The notes under the pieces: model-generated | What the model was told of the DNA's origin: nothing | What the model saw: the letters and a program-made list of their open reading frames with translations, nothing else | Database searches by the model: none | In this document: positions 34,601-46,783 of the stretch, piece after piece | Position numbering within the stretch: position 1 is the stretch's first letter | Layout of the letters: the number at the start of each line of letters is the position of its first letter | Position numbers and translations under genes: made by a program | From: Octopus sinensis | Taxonomy: Eukaryota | NCBI RefSeq assembly: GCF_006345805.1 | Contig: NW_021835997.1 | Location: forward strand, 289,330 to 353,329 | Direction: 5' to 3' | DNA length: 64,000 nucleotides

Positions 34601-37600
34601 ATGTTTTGGACAATGGCGTTCTTTTGTTCTTCTAACTCAGGTCGTTCTTTTCTGACGACTATTGCGAGTAGTTGTGTCTTCAAACCTACAAGAAAGTGAA
34701 AATCAATTACCCTGCTGTTTGACACCAAAGTTGACTAATGACATTTTTGAGAACAATTCTGGGAGAATAACAAGGGTTCGAAAGTTTTGTGGTCACGTAC
34801 ATAAAGAAATTTGGACTGACTGTACATTTCTTTGTGATTTTTACTTTGATCACTCCACCTTAATTAAATGACACACAACTTCCTAACATTATACCATCTC
34901 AAATGGCCCGCGGTAAAAGTTTAAAAGTGTATTTAAAATTCAAAATTATTATTTAACACCAAATAAAAATACAAGGATCTAGATTCTAGAATATAAATAA
35001 AAATAAAAAAATTATTACTTAAAAAATAATTAATACACTTCATGTTTGCAAAAAACAAACCTTTACCAGAATTGGAATCTCTTGATTGGTTGCTAGACTT
35101 GGCATTTTTAGTAGCTAACTTACAATTGAAAATTATTGATTTGAAATGTGACTCAGATCTGAAGAATAAATTTACCATGGTGGGCTTAGACACCTTTTAT
35201 AAATATCTCTTGCCGAAGTATCCCAACTTAACAGCCTTAGCTGCGAAAATCTTGTCAATGTTTGGAAGTACATATCTATGTGAACAACTTTTCTCTTTAA
35301 TAAACATAAACAAAGCAAAATTTCGATCAAGGCTCACCCACACTCATCTAAGTGAGATTCTAAGATTGACGGTAACTTAGGATTTCACTCCAGATATTGA
35401 CGCTATTATGAAGAAAAAAAGATGTCAAGTTTCTGGAACATATTTTAATTATAAAAATTAATAAATGTGTTGTTAAATGATTTTAAATGAAAATTATAAA
35501 TTAAAAATCATAGTATGAATTTTGTTAAATCAAAAATAAATAATCCGGCCCGCGGAAGAAATGAGTTTGACACCCCTGATCTTGTTCCTTTTGTTATCAG
35601 AATGGCATTTTCCACGGAGAAATCTCCACTCGCAGGTTTTGTAAACTCCATTTTTTAACAAGACTCGGATTTGCCATAAAATCAATAAAACTAAATTTGT
35701 CCAATTTGTCAAATATTATTTTCTTTTAACTACAAAATATTTTTATTGCTATTACTATTGGAATCCACTCGTCGAAAATCATCTTGTTTCTGTATTGAGA
35801 CAAAAAAGGTCCAGCGTATGTAAGGAAAGTCTTCGAAATGACGCAATCTCCTGGAAGATTTTTTAATTTTTCGTCCAGTTCCTTTTAGTTATTGATTGCA
35901 AAATACACCATGACTGTCACTTGCCACCGCTCTCTTTCATTTGCCAAGCCATTGACAAGTTTTTCCGCTCTACTAAGCATCGTTTCCAGTCGCTCAGGTT
36001 TTTGTTTCAGTTCCTCCTTTTGCTTCAGTTTATCGTCATATTGGAATTTTAGTTCAGCGATTTTTATTTCAACTTCATGGAGCTTGGCTTCGGCCTCTGC
36101 CAGTTCATTTTGTTTTTGTTCTAACTGGCTTCGGCCTCTGCCAGTTCATTTTGTTTTTGTTCTAACTGTGATTGTGCAAGCTTTAATCGTTGTCTCTTTG
36201 GCTCAATGACTCGATAGACTTTTCCGTACACCTCGATTGCTATTACCTGAAGGAATATTGTTTCCATCACTATCTTACCCACATTCACAATGACTTAGCT
36301 GCAAATGATACAAGTCCAACAATTTCTGGCTGGAAATCAGTTTGGTGAACATATCCACCGATTTTTTTGAGTACTCGGTCACTAATGTTGTCCTTATCAA
36401 AGTTTTTTTTAGCTGTGTGGTGAAATTTGAATCACCTAGGTGATATATAAAAAGTTAGCACTCAATTGTCTTTTAGCTTCTACCCAAGAAGTTTCATTTC
36501 CTCGAAGGATCATCACAGCCTCTAAAACCTTCTCGACAAGTGGCGGAGGTTTACCAAACGATCGGATCTCAGTTATATCTTTTTTGCTTAAAGAATCCAG
36601 AGCCTAATTATGATTTGTAAATAATGCCGACTTTTATGGCCTCTTCAAAAAGAGGCAACACTTCATTCAAATCTTTTTGTGCCAAATTCGCCATGTGCTG
36701 ACATTTTTTCTCATCTTCCTGAATTTTCTCACTTTTTGTGGACACCAACTGCGTTCAATTTAAATTTTGGAATAGAGAACCTTTTGTTGTTCGTCGGCTT
36801 CTCTCCTTTGGTGTACAATAACAAGCAAATAATCGTCGCATTGCTTCTGGAATAAAGCAACATTTTCCTTGGCTTCTTCAAGTTCTTTTAACTTTACGGA
36901 CACTTTAGATCGTGTGTCGTCGTTTTTATATAATCCATTCTTCAACTTGTTGGCTTCTCGACTCAAATCCGTCAACTTGTCATGAAATAGCCTTCGATGT
37001 ATAAGTATAATATATTCGAACGAATTAAATCCTTTTATCAATTCCAGATAAATAGAGGGAGAGTATGCTATTCCTTGTCTGTTACCTATCATCTCTTTAG
37101 CGTAGTGTTTGACTGTGCAGTGAATAGACGGAAACACGTTCACAATATTGCTTGAAAGTTTCGTCTTAAGTAATTTTTATATGTCTACATCTAAGTAGTT
37201 TTCCATTTCTGAGTTTTCGATGTATTTATTTGCAATTTCTTTCAGTGCTTCGGTAGGCCAATCATTAAACCACTTGATGGTGCAGCAACTCACAATACTT
37301 GGATACATTCGAAGTCTTTGTCTATTTAAAAGTAGAACGAGCAAGAACATACCTGAACGTGTTATCTAAAGGGTTAAGACAAATGATGAGATGTAAGTTA
37401 TTTCGTGCTCTTTCAACCAACAGCTTGTATGCATTTTGAATGCTATTCTCTCTTCCTAACGAAATTAGCGGTTCTTCCATGATATTTCTAATCTACAAAA
37501 TCCCCTATTTATTAAAAACTTCTTCAAACTCCTCTGATTTATAAAGAGTTGGAATATTTCCACTTTTTAGTAGATTGTTAATATCTTCTAAAAACAGTTC

Positions 37601-38165
37601 TTCAGCTATGTCTGTGTCAGAGATTATAAAGACTGTCGCCTTATCTCCAATTCCAACTAAATTTATCAGTTTTTTCAATTCTTAAAATCTGAAATCGAAA
37701 AAATACCTTCATGAAAATCTTTTCGATTTATTGTGACTTTTGAGTTAATTTCAAATATTTCAAAATTGAGAATATGAGACGAAACCGACCTGATCCCCCT
37801 GCACCTATCAAAAGGCAGTGTCCATTGATTTCTCTTATAATTCTAGATATTGCAGAAACTATATTGTTATCATAAAAAAATTACCATGTTCTAATGCATC
37901 TTCGAATAAAACTAAATCTTGTTTTAACACATTGGGTTTTGAGTTCTCCTTGAGACATTCCATGTCTTTAACATCTTCATATACTTTGTTCTTGTTCATA
38001 AAATCAACTTTGACATTTATAATTAGGTTCTTTACCAAAAATAGGGGATTTTCGATTGTTACAAACATTGTGAAAAGTCATGTCAAACAAGCTTCCCAAT
38101 TTGTCAGACAATATTGAAATAAACTCGTCGTAGTCATCCGAGTCAACGAGCCGATCGTTAAAAAC
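31626..38165 (-). pseudogene. DNAH2: DNAH2-like dynein heavy chain, AAA4-to-C-terminus fragment, copy B
   Basis: DRLVDSDD..LSDKLGSLFDMTFH, AAA4 P-loop LLIGAGGSGR, stalk coiled coil, YVTTKLSNP, GLKTQLLAIVVRKERPELEEQK, PGEWDNACNDLQK. Lesions: frameshifts near 34245 and 34292, 41-bp tandem duplication at ~36086-36167, hAT insertion, 5' truncation. Confidence 0.9.
34870..35578 (+). mobile_element. hAT (Charlie/SPIN-type) 3' remnant with right TIR
   Basis: KYPNLTALAAKILSMFGSTYLCEQLFS..KFRSRLT dimerisation domain; terminal GAGTTTGACACCCCTG (35563-35578); no left TIR. Confidence 0.85.
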
Positions 38166-38183
38166 TCTATTAAATTACATTTT

Positions 38184-38360
38184 AATATTTGGGACTATGA
38201 GGCTGTTAGAGAGGGAGAGGAGACTGAGGATGTGCCTTCACAGTTGCTGTTTGAGCATAGAGGGTTGAGGGATGTTAAAGAAGTACATTGGTGGAAAGAG
38301 GGGTTTCTTGGAGGCATTTCTGTTGAGGGATTTGATATTTTTAAAACTATTTCGGCTTAA
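38184..38360 (+). pseudogene. GRWD1: GRWD1/RRB1-like WD40 protein, C-terminal fragment
   Basis: IWD...DVPSQLLFEHRGLRDVKEVHW...GFDIFKTISA* matches the GRWD1 C-terminus (LPQQLLFVHQG..KELHWH..GFTIFRTISV). Confidence 0.75.
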
Positions 38361-38411
38361 TTGTTTATTTAAATTTATTATGTTGTTAGGTTGTTTAAAT
38401 TTGCCTGAAAA

Positions 38412-39352
38412 AATGGAAATAAAATTAATATCCAATGGACTACTTTATGTGGAGTAAGTTCAGGATCTTTCTCTCGACCAACTCTCCCACAGTTTGTTAT
38501 AATAATTAAGGCAAGGAGTGGGATATATGACTGAGGAGGAGTATAAATCACTGCAGTCAGTCATTGAGGACAAATTGTCTCCTCCCAAGTATCCATTCTT
38601 TACCAAAGCGTTTGAAATTCTACTGAAGGAGGGCAACAAACAGAAAATATCAACCCACTCCACCAACATTGACCATCTGCTAGACGGGGGAATTCCTTTT
38701 GGAAAAGTAGTGGAAATTTGTGGATGACCAGGCACTGGAAAGACTCAATTCTGGTTATTTTAACTTACAGCAGTCGCAGTCATCAACTCTGCATTTCTTT
38801 ATTCGAGGCTGGACTTGAGAAAACTCTTTTTGTGGATCCTCAGGGAACATTAATGGCAGACAGACTGATGGAGATGGGAGGCAGTGCTGTCTTGGACACA
38901 ATTCACGTGTCTAATCCCTCTTCTTATGAGGAGATGACTAACATGCTTACTTCACTGTTAGATGTGTCCTTCAATGACTTCAAACTTATAATAATCGACA
39001 ACTTGACTTTGCTGTTTTGTCAGGATGTGGACAAATCAGTAAAATTGTCTATTTTGGCTGATATTTTGACTAATCTGGCAATAAGCAAAGATATAGCTGT
39101 ATTTGTGTACTCATTAGTAAGGTGGTGGTTACCAATTGGAATGCGAGAAGGAGGACTGGCGATGTAATATATACTATTCCTGTTTTGGGGGAAACATGGA
39201 AGAGAGCTGTCGGCTATAGACTTGTCCTTGACATTACTAAGCTCAATTATGATGGACTAGTCAGGCAGGCCAGACGTTGCCTTCTTGATAAATCACCAGA
39301 AGGAAGAAGAACCAGCTGGAATTACTTTTGTATTACGGTTGGGTTGTATTGA
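38412..39352 (+). pseudogene. RAD51 paralog (RAD51C-like) with in-frame TGA in the Walker A region
   Basis: IDHLLDGGIPFGKVVEICG*PGTGKTQFC|HQLC, LFVDPQG, KLIIID, VVVTN, PVLGETW; 26- and 23-nt introns; 5' exon structure uncertain. Confidence 0.8.
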
Positions 39353-39399
39353 ATACTATCCAGGACAAAGGAATATGCGACGGTTGACGACTCATTTCA

Positions 39400-40010
39400 G
39401 TCCGTGCTCCTCCGCACGCCAATCCGCCCAGAATTTCGGAGGTTTGGTAGGTCCATCTATTTTTATTGACAGACACAAACGCAGTCTCTTTCTTTAGGCC
39501 GAAAGGCTGTCGGTTTTCACTAGAAGGGCTATATTCCTGCAGACAATTTTCAAAGTAACTCCAAAATCCAGCTCTTCCTGCACAGGAGTAATTCTGTCTC
39601 CGAAGCTGCCTCAGTCGAGCTAGTCCAATCAAGACATTTTCGCTGAGGATATATCCCTTTTCCGACTCTGTGAGGGGACGCTGGTTGTATAATTTGTCCT
39701 CAAATAGTCCTTCCATCAATCGAGTCTTTGTATACTAAATTGGTTGCAGAGACTAACCCTCCACCAGTCCTCTTCTGATGTGATCGCCAGGAAAGAATTG
39801 GGGTCATTGGTCATTGAGATGTACTTCAACACAGATTTAAGATGTTAAAATGATTTTTGGTATAAAAAGAAACCCACTTTCAGAACTGCCAAGTAAACAT
39901 GTTTAGTAACTAATGACTTGGAGATCTCAACTCCCAGTTTGGATGCCTTGTCCACTGTCCTAGGCGGCCTTGATCTCCGAAAGTTAGGTTTCCGAAACTT
40001 GCAAAGTAAG
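39400..40010 (-). pseudogene. PKD2: Polycystin-2 (PKD2-like) 5' fragment
   Basis: GYILSENVLIGLARLRQLR..SC..CLQEYSPSSENRQPFG..WTYQT matches PKD2 ENLLLGVPRIRQLRV..C..YS..SEDRAPFG; truncated before the channel helices. Confidence 0.78.
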
Positions 40011-40134
40011 CACTGGAAGTTTTGTAACCATTTGCAACAACATGGCTATGTGAATCTGGATTTTCATCTTTACTATATATAAAAAAAGAAACTCTCTTGG
40101 TTTTGAAAAGAATTGCATTGGTTAGAATTTGATC

Positions 40135-40790
40135 TTACTCAAGATGTACTTCACCAGAATTATTCATGAGAGAATGCAGGCGAAGGATGCATGGTGTGGT
40201 TGTCCTTGATGTGCTCAATGCAACTGGGGAGGGCCATGAGGGAGTTGTTGAAGGAGCCTGGAGTGTAGAAAAAGGAGGACCTGCCTCCCGGACTGTGATA
40301 CCGTGGTTATTGCCTACTCTCTCACTGCCGTCCGAGTCGACGAAGGACAGCTGAGTGAATGAATAAGGGAACATACTACATTGAATATTGCATAACTGCG
40401 GGAGGACGTGGGATTGAGGCCAGTCGAGCACACTCGCTGTTGTTTGTTGCCTGCAAGTGGAGAGGACTGAGAGAATGGAAACGTACTGCTTCAAATTTTC
40501 AAAAGTGGGGAGTAAAGAAAGGTGAATCCGAGTGGGAAGGTGGGGATCGAGAAGGAGGGGTTCTACGCATACTGGATAGAAAAAGTGAGTGAGAAGTAGA
40601 AAATATACTTCATCGACACGGGGATAATTCTGGACGTGCGGAGAGGAGCACGGACGTCTTTCGTGATAGATAGTCCCAAATTAATTTAGGTGTTTTCCAG
40701 ACATTGTGCAATAGAGCTACATCACCAAAATCCTTGTTTAGTTTCCATTTTTATTCTAGATACTGTTCCCTTTCCAACTTTAAACATCTT
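40135..40790 (-). other. Unidentified GC-richer intron-containing gene; weak resemblance to Sen15 (LSFVDSDGS)
   Basis: Several 20-37-nt GT-AG segments; reading frame not resolved. Confidence 0.22.
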
Positions 40791-40946
40791 GGATATTTCC
40801 CTGTCGGATGTGGAGTTTATTTATATAAATGAAATTTTAGAGATTATATAGATTTAAAAATGTAACTTTTAATTAGAATTGATTATTTAAAATTTAAAAC
40901 ATAAATAATGAGTTTTCCCGATTAAATTAACATTAATGCCCGGGAA

Positions 40947-41253
40947 TTCGAGCCAACAATAGGCTATGCATGTGCTGATTGGGGCTGTGACCTGGCGGCA
41001 ACGAACCGGCTAAAAATCGAAAAAATTCAAGAAAGATCTATCAACCTACTGAAGGACCATACCGATAGGGAAATTGTCCATAGAACACTGGAGTCTCTCG
41101 TAGAGGCAAATGGGGGGGATCGTGGAAATGGACCACAAACCATTCACCTTACATACAGAAAGTGTGTGGGCTCGACTGTTGAGAAGTGTCGGAATCACCT
41201 GAACGTGTTAGTTAATGGTTAAGATGGTGATTTTGTTTGGCTTAAATAATAAT
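40947..41253 (+). mobile_element. APE-type LINE 3' end, copy B
   Basis: Matches 10651-10979. Confidence 0.75.
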
Positions 41254-41384
41254 TAACATAATTGCCCAGATTAATGACTTTGCCCGTAACATAATCATTT
41301 TTTTATTTAACTCAAGAATCACCAACAGTTAATTAGGGTAATTAATTAGGTGATTCCAACAATTCTCAAAATCTTTCTCAGCTT

Positions 41385-41780
41385 TTCCCGATGTTGGACT
41401 CTGGACCCAACGCAAAAGCGGGACGGGCGGGGAACAGTTTTTGTGAGGAATTGAATCGGGGTGATGTACTTCTGGTTGCTAAGGTCTTGGTCTTTTAACA
41501 AGTAATCCTGTTGGATGGTTAAGATCAAAATACCTCATGCAAAATCTGTCCTTAGAAGAAAGTGTTTTATACCCGAAAGATCCACAGCCGATGTAGTTTA
41601 AAGCCAACTTTAATTCTTTGCGTTATGTCAGATGTATAAAGTCGGGATCCATATTCTTGGAATTGATATCAGCAAAGCGTTCGATTGGATTGATAAGAAT
41701 AAACTATTCAAATTGCTAATGAATATTGTTGAAAAAGACAGTAACTTTAAGGCCAAAACAGTTCAGGCCAAAATAAAGTC
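41385..41780 (+). mobile_element. Degenerate non-LTR RT fragment
   Basis: PERSTADVV..HILGIDISKAFDWIDKNKL. Confidence 0.7.
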
Positions 41781-41879
41781 TTGATTCTCACTTTGAAATC
41801 GAAGTTCCTTCTTTCCAATACTTTTTTAAAGATATCTTCAAAATTCTTTCGCACGGCACTCCCCAACTTGTCTACTCAT

Positions 41880-41995
41880 AGTCAGAAGACTTCAATTTTA
41901 TTGTCAAGCTGGATGTCAGTAATGCTTTTAGCTGTGTTCGACGGGACAATTTACTCGAGGTGGTCTCTTTACGATGCCCAGAGTTCCTAGCGTTT
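41880..41995 (+). mobile_element. CRE-like RT fragment
   Basis: IVKLDVSNAFSCVRRDNLL. Confidence 0.65.
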
Positions 41996-42349
41996 AATCA
42001 TCCCACTACAATAAGAAGAAACTATAAGAGAAGAGTAATTAATGGTCTTTCTACTTTGAAATTAATTAAAAATAATTAACTCTCTGGCTCTCTTTTTTGT
42101 AAAAAATTAAGTGGCTGGCACAAGCAAAACACTTACGTGCTTATGGCAACGCAGAAGTGCTATTTACATTATTGTAAAAATGGTTGTTATAATTTTAGGT
42201 TTTACAATTATAATCTTGTACAAATATGTGTATGAGAGCAAAAGTTCTCAACCTACGCGTTTTTGAGTCGCTAAATATATTTTGGTGCATCGCGAAAAAT
42301 TTTAAATATAAAAAAATTAATTTAATTTATATGAATTTTGTCAAGATTA

Positions 42350-42660
42350 TCAAAAATGTGCCTCGTCCCCTTTTCATTATTTATGACGAATATTTAAATA
42401 ACGAAAGAATGCTTTCAAATAAATTAAAAGGACATTTCCAAACAAAACATCCTGAAATGGTTAACTAATTGCCATCTTTTTGATGGAAAATTATAATGGT
42501 TTCAGAAAAGGCAATCAATTATTTATGTGAACCCATTTTACGATCTACAATTGAAGAAATTGTTAATAAAATTGATTTGAGACAAAATGTATTAAATGTA
42601 ATGGAATATGCACTAATGGTGCAAAAATAAGTACCGAAACAAATTATTACTGGCAATTCA
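42350..42660 (+). mobile_element. hAT transposase N-terminal BED-finger remnant
   Basis: LNNERMLSNKLKGHFQTKHP resembles LSNESMKPSKLKRHLxTKHP. Confidence 0.6.
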
Positions 42661-43189
42661 TTAGCATTAAAATATCAAATTAGCATGTAAAATACTTTTT
42701 CTCAAAATATTCTACATTTAACCAATATTTAGGCTTCATTAAATACATATACAAAATTATCTTTAAAAAATGTTGAACAAAAATAATAATCAATGTTGAA
42801 AACACCAACGCCACAACAAGAAGCAAACGAAAACGCATAGAACACGCTGATAGAATCATTAAAAAATTAATATTTACTAAAAATATATAAATCAAAAATT
42901 GATTATTGACAGCGCTCTCCATAGTGAACAGGAAATATTAATGCAATCTGCAACCTGGCCGATTAATTTCTGATTAATTTAACTTTCCATATTTTTAATA
43001 AATTCCAGTTATAACAAAAAAAAATCTGCAATTACAATCTACAAAAACAAATATTAGTAAATCTCATTAATATATTAATTATAAAATGAACGTCAATTTT
43101 TTGTGAACTAATAAATATTAAATTTAATATTTTTACATCTGTATATTTAAAATTCTTTAAAATGAATAAACTACACGCTCTGCAGTGGT

Positions 43190-44760
43190 TAGCATGGTGA
43201 AAATTGAAAACGCTTGTCATTTTCACAAAAGAAGGAAATAATTGAATTTTATCATAAAATAGACATAACACAGACCGTGATTTATCCCTTTATTTTAATG
43301 TTTCTTGAGCTGCATAAACAAAATTCTGAAGGAATACTTACTTTTCAAAATGACCAAAAAAGAAGAAAATTTACTTGTCCAAGTCTCAACCATTCGACAG
43401 AGATTTTTTTGAATGGTTGGTTAAAAAACGATCATTTCTATTTACAATCAATGAATATCTTTTGATGTCCATGTTTCTAAAAATGACGAAAGTTTGTAAT
43501 ATTCAAGGATTAGCATGAAATGGATGGGTTGAGAAATTTAAAAATCGACATTGCATTGCTTTCCATGCTTTATGTGGGGAAAATAAATTTGTTGAAATCT
43601 CTATGATTGAAAATTTTACAGAAAGCCCCAAATTAGAATAATATTGCTAAAAAATGCTTTTAATTTGGACGAAACTGGATTATTTTTAAACTTTTGTCGA
43701 ACAGATCATTAACTGTTGACTCTGACAAAAATCTGTCTAATAAACCGTTATGTTGAGTGGCCTGCTCATACGTAGACCAAGGCTAGACTGCTGGCCTGTT
43801 CCCACATTGACAATGTGGTCAAAGAAAATGCTGAGTCGAGAAAATGCTGAATATAACACCATTTTTTGATTTTAATAAATTTATTCGAAAATAAAAAAAA
43901 CAAGAGAATCGGCCATCCATGCGATTATCATGTGCCTGTAGTCGTCAATAACGTCGACATGCAAGTCCTGGACTACTCTGTAGGCGTCCTGTGCCAAGTA
44001 ATCCTTGATCGTCCTGACGAGCCCCTTCTCCTTCAAGGCAGTCCTCAACTTCCTCTTGGAGGAGTGATTGGACATGATATTCCACAAAATACGCCATTTG
44101 ATGAGCATTTCCCACTCATGCTGCTCGACTGCACTCAAAAAAATTCACGCTGCTTTAAAGGGGGAAATTTTATAATAATTTACAAGTGGAATAAAAATCA
44201 AATAAAAAGCATGGATGACATATGGTTATTTCTCAGAATGGCTTTTAGAATTGAATAAAAAATGATTTTCCAAAAAAGAAAAATTCTAATTTTACTTGAT
44301 AATGCTACGTACACTCACATGATTTAGAGTTCAGTAACATCAAACTCTTTTTTCTTCTCAAAATACAACATCGAAGTTACAACCCCTTGTTAAAGAAACA
44401 ATAAAATCATCCAAAGACAGGTATAGACAATTCCTATGTGCATAATTGATTGAATTTTATATTAATGATGACAATGTAGATCACGAAAAAGTTACGGAAA
44501 GATATTCATAAATCAAGCTTGGTTAGAAGTATCGGAAATGACAATTACAAATTGTTTCAAGAAAGAATTTGAAAATGCCTTAATACAGAACCTGACAGAA
44601 ATGGAAGAAATAAATTATGAAAATTTTTTTATTTTTGAAAATTATCAAATTGACGACAAAAACTATATACAGAACTTTGCTAGAAAACTAAAAAAGTTGA
44701 AAAGAAAAATGAAAAAATTTATGTTCCGACACTATATGAAGCGAGTGATATGCGAAGGCG
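43190..44760 (+). mobile_element. pogo/Tigger transposase remnants, copy B
   Basis: CENP-B-like HTH LSFSQKKEII, FNLDETGLFF, LLDNA, NTTSKLQPL. Confidence 0.78.
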
Positions 44761-44946
44761 ATTGAATTATGGTTTCTTGAGAATGATTATAAACAAAAAA
44801 CAAAAGTATACAAAAATACAAAAAATGTAAGAAATTATCAAACTAATCATATTCGAAAAATCACCGATTAAAATCTTTAAATAATCTTTGTAATTATTCT
44901 TTAATATTGTTTATTTTTATTTTGATTCCATGTTCTATTTTTTTGT

Positions 44947-45590
44947 TCACTTTAGAGCGGGATGACTGTATAATCCGATTTCTGCAAAACTTTTGAAAAA
45001 AGAGCTAAAAAATTTAGACTCGTTCAGATCACCTTTTTCTATAAGTTTTGAATACCAGTTGCCAGCCTCATTTTGGTGACTAACTAAGTGTTGTTTCTTT
45101 GAACTCCAACGGATCTCCCTCTGGGTGACAAATAACCTCACGTTTGTTTATTCAAGAAAGAAAATATTCACTAATCAAATAAAATATGACTAATCAAATA
45201 AAATTTTGATCTGATTGCATAGAGCAGTTGTCTCGTCCTGTCATACGTCCTAATTCCTGTCACTGTCTGCTTACAATGAAATTGATTATCAAAGAATGAA
45301 AAGAAAACGAAATTGAAATAATAGACCAATCAAATCTGTTAATGACGATCCAAAATATAACAAATGAAATTAAATTCGTCGTATGAAGGTTTTTAAATTT
45401 AGTTACAACAAAAGGCTTTAAGTTGAGGGAATAATTTCCGACAGTCCCCCTGGTCAACACCAAGAAGAGGCCGACTGCTAATATGTTGATGAATGTCCCT
45501 AAACGTGACCCAGTGGATGTGTTGGCCATCAACCCGGGGATTAAGGTTGACGCTGAGGCCATGTCTTTGGAGGAGATAAAGAAATTCTTG
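44947..45590 (-). other. Unidentified probable gene fragment, divergent from the RNF13-like gene
   Basis: GC-richer, exon-like blocks with stops; no family recognised. Confidence 0.2.
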
Positions 45591-45682
45591 GAGGTATTAA
45601 AAAGGAATTTATTTTATGAAAATTTTAGTTTTCATTATAATTAATTGTTTTAATTAATTTAGCTAAATTATTTTATAAAATA

Positions 45683-46782
45683 ATGAATAAAATGTACTGA
45701 CCTAATTTACGTCCTTGTGGTTTTGCTAATATATTTTTCCACATTAATTACTAACCCTCTTTAGAATGAATATTCCTTTCCGAAATATCGCATTAGTTCT
45801 CTTATCCACCTGTCTATCAATTTCCGACACCATTTCTTTAATAATAGTACTATTTAACTAAACAACCCACAAAGATAACAAATAATAACATGACAAATCC
45901 ACAAAAAATTCTCTGTCAGGAAGCCGACTTTTCTTCCTCTAAACAATACACGACAGGCTACCTGGTGACATTAAACCCGCCCGAGGGATGTTCTAACATT
46001 CCCTACAACGAGTACAACCAATACAGAATTGCAATAATAAAACGAAATGGCTGCACATTCATGGACAAGGTCACTCCAATATACCATTTCAGATAATCAA
46101 TGTACAACGTGCTGGTTTTGCGGGTGCTGTGGTATATGACCCCAATTCATCTGAATTACTCACAATGCGTAGGTCTGTTGGTAATTTGTAATGTTTTAAT
46201 AATACTAGATGACCACAGAGTAGTCAATATTGAGGCAATGTTTGTGAATCAGTTCGGATATTTTGATTTGCTTAAATATTCTAACAATAAAAAGTATTTT
46301 CTTGTGTTTGATGTTGTAGTTATAAGGCATCCTTCAAAGAATTTCCAAGGACAAAAATGGAGTTTTATATATTTGTGTTTGCCTGTACTGTGGGTGTTCT
46401 GTTGGTGGTGGTCATCCTCGGAATAGTTCTCATTTGTGTGTAATGACCAGATAATCAAACTGTCCTTGTATTACTACGGCATTTGGAAACAGAAACTGCC
46501 AACAAGACAAATAAAGAAGATCCCCGTCAAAACTTATGGCAAAGTGGAGGATCAGTTTTGTGAGGCGTGTGCAATATGTTTGGACGAGTTTGGGGAGAAG
46601 GACAAAGTGCGGGAACTGCCTTGTCTCCATTGTAGTGATTGTCCCTTAGTTTAGTGTTTCATGTCAAGTGTATTGATCCCTGGCTTGTGAGAGTGCATCG
46701 GCTGTGTCCTCTTTGTAAGGTCGATGTGCTTAAGCCTCATCAAATTGAGGAGAACGTAGAATTTAAATTCAGATCATTCTAA
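45683..46782 (+). CDS. PA-TM-RING E3 ubiquitin ligase (RNF13/RNF167-like)
   Basis: [14 protein letters not shown]|[16 protein letters not shown] (PA), [39 protein letters not shown]|[16 protein letters not shown]. Introns of 23, 28, 26, 25 and 23 nt. The 5' end needs a 1-nt correction and is uncertain. Confidence 0.85.
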
Positions 46783-46783
46783 A

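Larger units (their letters stand above)
27224..44348 (+). repeat. Segmental duplication, copy B (more complete)
   Basis: See copy A; B retains 36046-40848 and 41439-43376, which A lacks. Confidence 0.95.

Noticed and set aside
38725-38727. Alternative genetic code (stop reassignment)
   Set aside because: TAA ends DNAH2, DCPS and GRWD1, and TGA ends SAR1 and the retrotransposon ORF; many apparent internal stops fall in micro-introns.
39400-40657. Inversion breakpoint suggested by GCGGAG(A)GGAGCACGGAC at ~39400-39418 (minus) and ~40638-40656 (plus)
   Set aside because: Similarity does not extend beyond ~18 nt and no displaced PKD2 continuation was found; chance cannot be excluded.
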